The translations under genes and the position numbers were made by a program. The notes under the pieces were generated by a model, which was given only the letters and a program-made list of their open reading frames with translations, searched no databases and was not told where the DNA came from. A DNA stretch of 64,000 nt from Polyangiaceae bacterium. GTDB lineage: Bacteria > Myxococcota_A > Polyangia > Polyangiales > Polyangiaceae. The DNA lies in assembly GCA_965222375.1 (NCBI GenBank), contig CBDCTZ010000016.1:2304001-2368000 (forward strand), read 5' to 3'. This document shows, piece after piece, positions 59,051-64,000 of this stretch; the stretch's first letter is position 1; every line of letters starts with the position of its first letter.

Positions 59051-60795
59051 ACGTAGGACAATCGAACTGTGAAAACCGGGGTGTGGAGAGGTGGGGAAGG
59101 TAGCAACCAGCGGCGCCGTTTTCGCTGGGAGCGGAGTAGTGGGGAGGTTTCTGTTGAAGCGCTGCTTTTTGGCAGCTGTCGGGCGAGCGCAAGACGCACG
59201 TCCGCGTGAGCGGGGCAGGCGTGTGCCGCTCAGCTCGGCCCGCCCGGGAACCCGAACACCAGCTGCTCAGGCACGGGCAGTGGAGCACGAGGGACCGGAG
59301 GAGCTCGCGGTCCAATCCCGTGCTCGGCCAGAAGGCGCGTGATGTCGGCGCGGGTGGTTGCAACTTCGGCCCAGCGAAGCGGGCCGTTGCAGCGTGGGCA
59401 GTGCTCCAGGTCCGCCTTGAATACGTGGGCGAGCAGCCACGCCCAGCGCTTGCGTGATGGGGGAGCGTCGCCGAACTCATCGAGCAACTCGAGTTGATCG
59501 CCTCGAGCGGGAGGGGGCTTGTTTGCGACGTCGTCGGCGGGCGGGTCGGGCACGACTCGTGCACGGTGCGAGGAATGGCTGGAGAGCACGCCAAAGTACC
59601 TCAGCATGTGAAAGCGTGGGGGTGGCACTGCAGCGACGAGGCGCGCAATCAGGTCGTGGGGCTCGAGAACGAGCGCACGTGTGCCGTCCCGCCATGGTTT
59701 CTTGAAGCTGAGCTCGAGCTTGGCGTCTGTGCGTCGTTCGAGGCGGTCTTGGGCGACAGGTGGTCGCGTGATGTACTTACAAATTCGCTCGACGCGGCGG
59801 CGGTCGCGGCCGTCGACGACCTGGGCGGCGTGGATGTTGATGCCGCGCACTTCGGTGGGCTGGTCGGAGATGTCGGAGGCGCGTGGAAGCGCGGGCGGCT
59901 CCTGCGGAAGCAGCAGGCGAAGCAACGGCTTGCCGGCACGCTCGCCAGCGACGGAAATACCCTGCGCAGCGGCAGCGTAGCAGCCTGTGAGAGCAGGCTC
60001 ATCCAGGCAGAGCTGCTCGGGCTCGGCGTCGCCAAACTCAGGGTCGAGGCTGCGGCCGTGCGCTTTCAAGATCTTCTCGATTCGCGTTGCGGTGCGTGAC
60101 GCGACCTCGGCAACATCGAGGTGGGTCGGTGTGTCCAGCCCGACGAACTCGAGTGGAGCGTGAGGGTCGTCTCCTTGGTGCCAGTGCACGCCGTCGAGCA
60201 CGAGTGCGTGAAAATGCACGTTTAGTCGGAGAGCACTGTCCGTGCGCTGCACCGCGACCAGTGCGCCGGTCAGCAGGTCGCGTGCGCTAGCGAGCCCCAA
60301 CTGTTGTTTGGCACGCCAGCGCAGCGAGCGACGCACCTCGGTCATGAACCCGCTCACCACCTCGGAGCAGAGCTTGCGGTCATACCCCAGCAGCGCTCGC
60401 AGTCCCCAGGGCAATGAGCAGATCCAGTGACGGATGGGCACGCTTGGCAGCACCCGCGTTTCGAGATGCACAGCAGTATCGGCCATCAGCAATACAACAT
60501 GATGCGCACAAGACCGGTGTGCGTACCGTCGTTTACGCGTGGCACCCGTTGCATGGTCAGGCCGTCGCGGTGGTTTGTCGTGGCGCTTTCGGCATGCTCC
60601 GCTGTTTGGTAGGCCCGGGCGCGCCGGACCGACTCGTGAGCATCCCTGCGTGGATGCTGGACCCGGTGTCCTGCGCGGGGATGCGGGTCGAAGCTGAACC
60701 GCGCGTGTCGATGAGCGCGCTCGAAGAGCTCCGCTGCCTGCTGGAGGAGTCCCGAGCGCTGGACATGGGGCACGAGTCGGGGGCACTGACGGCGC

Positions 60796-60978
60796 ATGAA
60801 GAAGCGCAGACGAAGACGCGGGGTTCAAATGGTTCTGCCACAACCCGGCCCGCCGCTTCCGAGGTGGAAGGCACTTCCCGAAGCGTCGCGCAAGGAGGTC
60901 ATCACGCTGCTCGCCGAAGCGCTCCGACAACACAGCCGACGACAACTCGGAAGACGAAAGGGAGGTCATCATGAATGA
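60796..60978 (+). CDS. Small accessory ORF upstream of the recombinase
   Basis: PRWKALPEASRKEVITLLAEAL; overlaps the recombinase start. Confidence 0.5.
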   Translation: MKKRRRRRGVQMVLPQPGPPLPRWKALPEASRKEVITLLAEALRQHSRRQLGRRKGGHHE

Positions 60979-63055
60979 GAAGATCGGCGAACACCACGTG
61001 GCGCGACGCGCGATCCTGTACGTACGCCAGTCGTCCCAGCAACAGCTGATGAACAACCGCGAAAGCCAGCGGCAGCAATACGCGATGCGTGACCGATTGC
61101 GCGAGTTGGGGTTTCGCGAGGTCGACGTGATCGATGAGGACCTGGGCAAATCGGCAGCTGGGTCCGTCGAGCGCAGAGGTTTCCGCCGGCTGGTCGCTGA
61201 CGTTTCCCTTGGTCAGGTGGGTGCCGTGGCCGCCCGGGAAGTTTCGCGTTTCGCGCGCAACAGTCGGGAGTGGCAGCAACTCATCGAGATCTGTCGCGTG
61301 GTCGACACGCTGCTGGTGGATCACGACACGGTGTATGCGCCGCGACATAGCAACGACCGTTTGCTCTTGGGGCTCAAGGGCAGCCTCAACGAGTACGAGC
61401 TCGACCTGCTACGCATGCGTGGATTGGAGGCACAAAGGCAGAAAGCGCAGCGCGGGGAATTGGTTGCGGGCGTTCCGGTGGGTTACCGAGTGGGAGGTGA
61501 TGGACGCCTCGAGAAGGCGCCGGACGCACGTATCCGGCAGGCCATCGAGCTAGTCTTCTCCAAGTTCTTCGAACTGGGTAGTGCGCGACAGGTGGTGATA
61601 TGGATGCGCGAGAGCGGCATTCAGACACCCGTGAACCGCAATCGGCGTGGCGAGGTTGTCTGGAAGAAGCCGACGGCCGACTTCGTCTATCGGACACTGA
61701 AGAATCCGATTTATGCGGGCGCCTACGTGTACGGACGGACCAAAGTCCACACCCGTATCGTGGACGGGCAGCCCCGACGTGCCGCTACGCGAGTGCCTCG
61801 AGACCAGTGGTCGGCGTTGCTTCGGGACCGTCACGAGGCATATATCAGCTGGGAGCAGTTCGAGCGTGCGTGACAAATGTTGTCAAAGAACGAACAGAGG
61901 CGAGGAGCAGCAGGAGCACCCAAGGGTGGCGCTGCACTCCTGGGCGGCCTCGTTTGGTGTCGCCGTTGCGGCCGCCGCCTGGGCGTGAGTTATAGCGGGA
62001 CAAAGCAAGGTATTGCTCGCTACACATGCAACGATGACCACGACCGCTCCGGTGGACCGCGATGCATCTCGTTCAGCGCAACCGACGTGGACGCGCAGAT
62101 CGTCGAGCGGGTGCTCGCTGTCGTGCGGCCGGGTGCGATCGAAGCTGCCCACGTTGCATGGGACCAGGACGTGGCGGAACGTGATGATGCCGTGGCTGCG
62201 CTGGAACTGCAGCTGCAACAGGCGCGCTACGAGGCTCAACGCGCTGAACGTCAATACGATGCTGTCGAGCCTGAAAACCGCACCGTGGCCGTCGAACTCG
62301 AGCGCCGATGGAATACTGCCCTCGAAGCCGTACGCACAGTCGAGCAGCGCATCGGCGAGGCCACGGCAACGCGGGCAGAGGTCTCGCGCCCACCCGACAT
62401 CGGGCGATATCTCGAGCTCGCACGCGACGTGGAACGCGTGTGGACAGCGCCTACGACCAAGCCATCCACGAAGAAGCGCATCACGCGCGCTGTGGTGGAG
62501 CAGGTTTGGGTTGACGTGGACACCGAGCGCTCCGAGATCCTCCTCGTCGTGCACTGGAAGGGAGGGGTGCACACCGAGTTACGTGTCCCCAAGCGTCGCA
62601 CTGGCCAACGTCGCAACACCACAGCTGCCGAAGTCGTCGAAGCCGTGCGCGTGCTCGCGCGCGTCATGGGCGACATGCAGATCGCCCGATGGCTTGGGCG
62701 CGCTGGTGTGCGCACGCCCACGGGAGGCCACTACAGCCGGGCGCTGGTCGCGTCTGTACGCCATCGATACAAGATCGAACCGTGCTCGAAGCAGCGTGAT
62801 CGGGGCGAATGGCTGACCTGCGAAGAAGCTGCAGCTCTTGTTCAGGTCGATCCGAAGACGCTACGACGCGCAGCGCAGCGAAACGAAATTCCCTCGCAGC
62901 ATCCGCTACCGAATGGACCCTGGATCTTCGCTCGCAGCGATGTCGTGGGCTCGGACGCAGCCGAGCGCATCACCACCCGAGCACGTGCATACCGACAAGG
63001 CAAGAACACTGGACCTGCACCGAACCAACTCAACCTAACAATTCCAAAGACATAG
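60971..63055 (+). pseudogene. Large serine recombinase with in-frame TGA at 61871
   Basis: YVRQSS catalytic motif, SRFARN, recombinase and Zn-ribbon domains; both ORFs share one frame. Confidence 0.88.
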
Positions 63056-63546
63056 CGAGGTGATGCATCATGAAGCGTCCTTCATGCGACGTCCGAGACA
63101 AGATGGACAGAAGCCGCGTCGCTTGCAGCTGAATGCCACCAGCTCCGAGTAGCCGCAGTCGCGACAGGCCAGGCGCAAACACCCATGCTCGAGCAAACCG
63201 CAGCGCAGGTACTCCTCGAACTCGGCCGTCACGAAGCGAGGCAGACCGCCCTGCTCCTCTGCACGCTCCAGGAACGCCGGCCAGTGCTCGGCCACCGTCT
63301 GATAGAGCACGGTGGTTTCCGGCCGGTGACGGAAGCGCGAGCGCTCCGTTTCACGGCGAGGGTGTGCGTGCGCTGGGTGGCCCACGCCATGGCGTCAGCC
63401 AGGGGCGTGCCAGCGACGGTCTGCTCGTATCTGCGCGCAATACGGGCCCATCAGGGTGGCGAATCTGCCCGCCGGCACTGGTGAACTGCCAGCGGCGGGC
63501 AGCAGCAGACCTCGACAAGCGACCCACCACTGTCGCGCGTTCCACG

Positions 63547-64000
63547 GGGAGCGCCAAATACGACTCAAACCAAACCAAACACACAAGTCGAAGGCATTCG
63601 TCTTCCCGCATGCCGGGGTCACCGGCTGGAGGCTGCGCCAGGATCGAGTTGCTCAATCTGGACGTGGTGCTGCCGGGTGAGATGAAGACCCTGCTCAACC
63701 GCGTGATCGAGGCCGAGAAGGAAGCGGCCGCGAACGTTATCCTCCGTCGTGAGGAAACCGCCGCGACGCGATCCCTGGCCAACACCGCACGTGTCATGAC
63801 GGATCAGCCGATGCTGCTCCGTCTGAAGGAGCTCGAGAGCTTCAAGGAAATCGCGGGAAACATCCAGGAGGTGCGTCTCGTGGTGGGTGCCGACTCGCTC
63901 AAGGCACTGCTTCCGGCCGACATGCTCGGCAAGGCTCCCAATGGCAGCTAGAGCGTCGATGCCCCGCCCCTAAAAGGACCGGGGGGCGGGGGCATCGGTC
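63547..64000 (+). repeat. Third slipin copy: leader plus 3' end, internally deleted
   Basis: 63547-63632 matches 42866-42950; 63660-64000 matches 43775-44138. Confidence 0.9.

Larger units (their letters stand above)
60487..63082 (+). mobile_element. 2.6-kb large-serine-recombinase element flanked by CAT
   Basis: Removing it restores CLGRRM|ADTAVHL of the host transposase. Confidence 0.85.
59052..63545 (-). mobile_element. ISCR/IS91-like element; transposase (63385-63083 joined to 60483-59230) interrupted by a recombinase element
   Basis: Zn motif CKRRGFCPSC, HUH NVHFHAL, KYITRPP; oriIS-like GTAGGACAATCGAAC at 59053-59067; right boundary approximate. Confidence 0.8.

Noticed and set aside
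61871..61873. Programmed readthrough or selenocysteine in the recombinase
   Set aside because: The position is not catalytic and no SECIS-like hairpin was identified; a simple nonsense mutation or sequencing error is more parsimonious
63133..63951. 272-aa ORF as a functional slipin
   Set aside because: Only the last about 95 aa match slipin; the rest is transposase antisense and leader sequence

Overview
GC-rich bacterial DNA. The many Gly-linker/Cys-rich lipoproteins and the Sel1, AgmX/PglI, DUF1552 and DUF2330 genes suggest a Polyangiaceae-like myxobacterium (inference). The window has three parts. (1) 1-31.9 kb: housekeeping and envelope genes (GT2, 5-FTHF cyclo-ligase, Fur, a P1B-ATPase-like protein lacking the catalytic Asp, argF/argD, S8 protease, ECF42-type sigma with YciI), plus a patch of gene fragments at 23.4-25.9 kb. 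(2) 32.7-44.1 kb, the highlight: one co-oriented locus with 17 tRNA genes (16 amino acids, no repeated anticodon, many atypical, two with an 8/4 fold) and three circularly permuted tRNA-like RNAs closed by terminal stems (Y RNA/YrlA-like). It also carries an HNH nuclease, a Ro60-like helical+vWA protein, a candidate ubiquitin-like module (unknown Cys protein, JAB, Ubl, E1), a 149-bp tandem repeat built on the tRNA-Pro 3' end, a minimal nucleotidyltransferase pair and an SPFH/slipin gene. (3) 44.2-64 kb: an accessory zone delimited by repeated copies of the slipin 3' end, containing HipBA, lipoproteins, an IS4 remnant and an ISCR/IS91-like transposase split by a large-serine-recombinase element. 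All calls were made by eye; no database searches were run.
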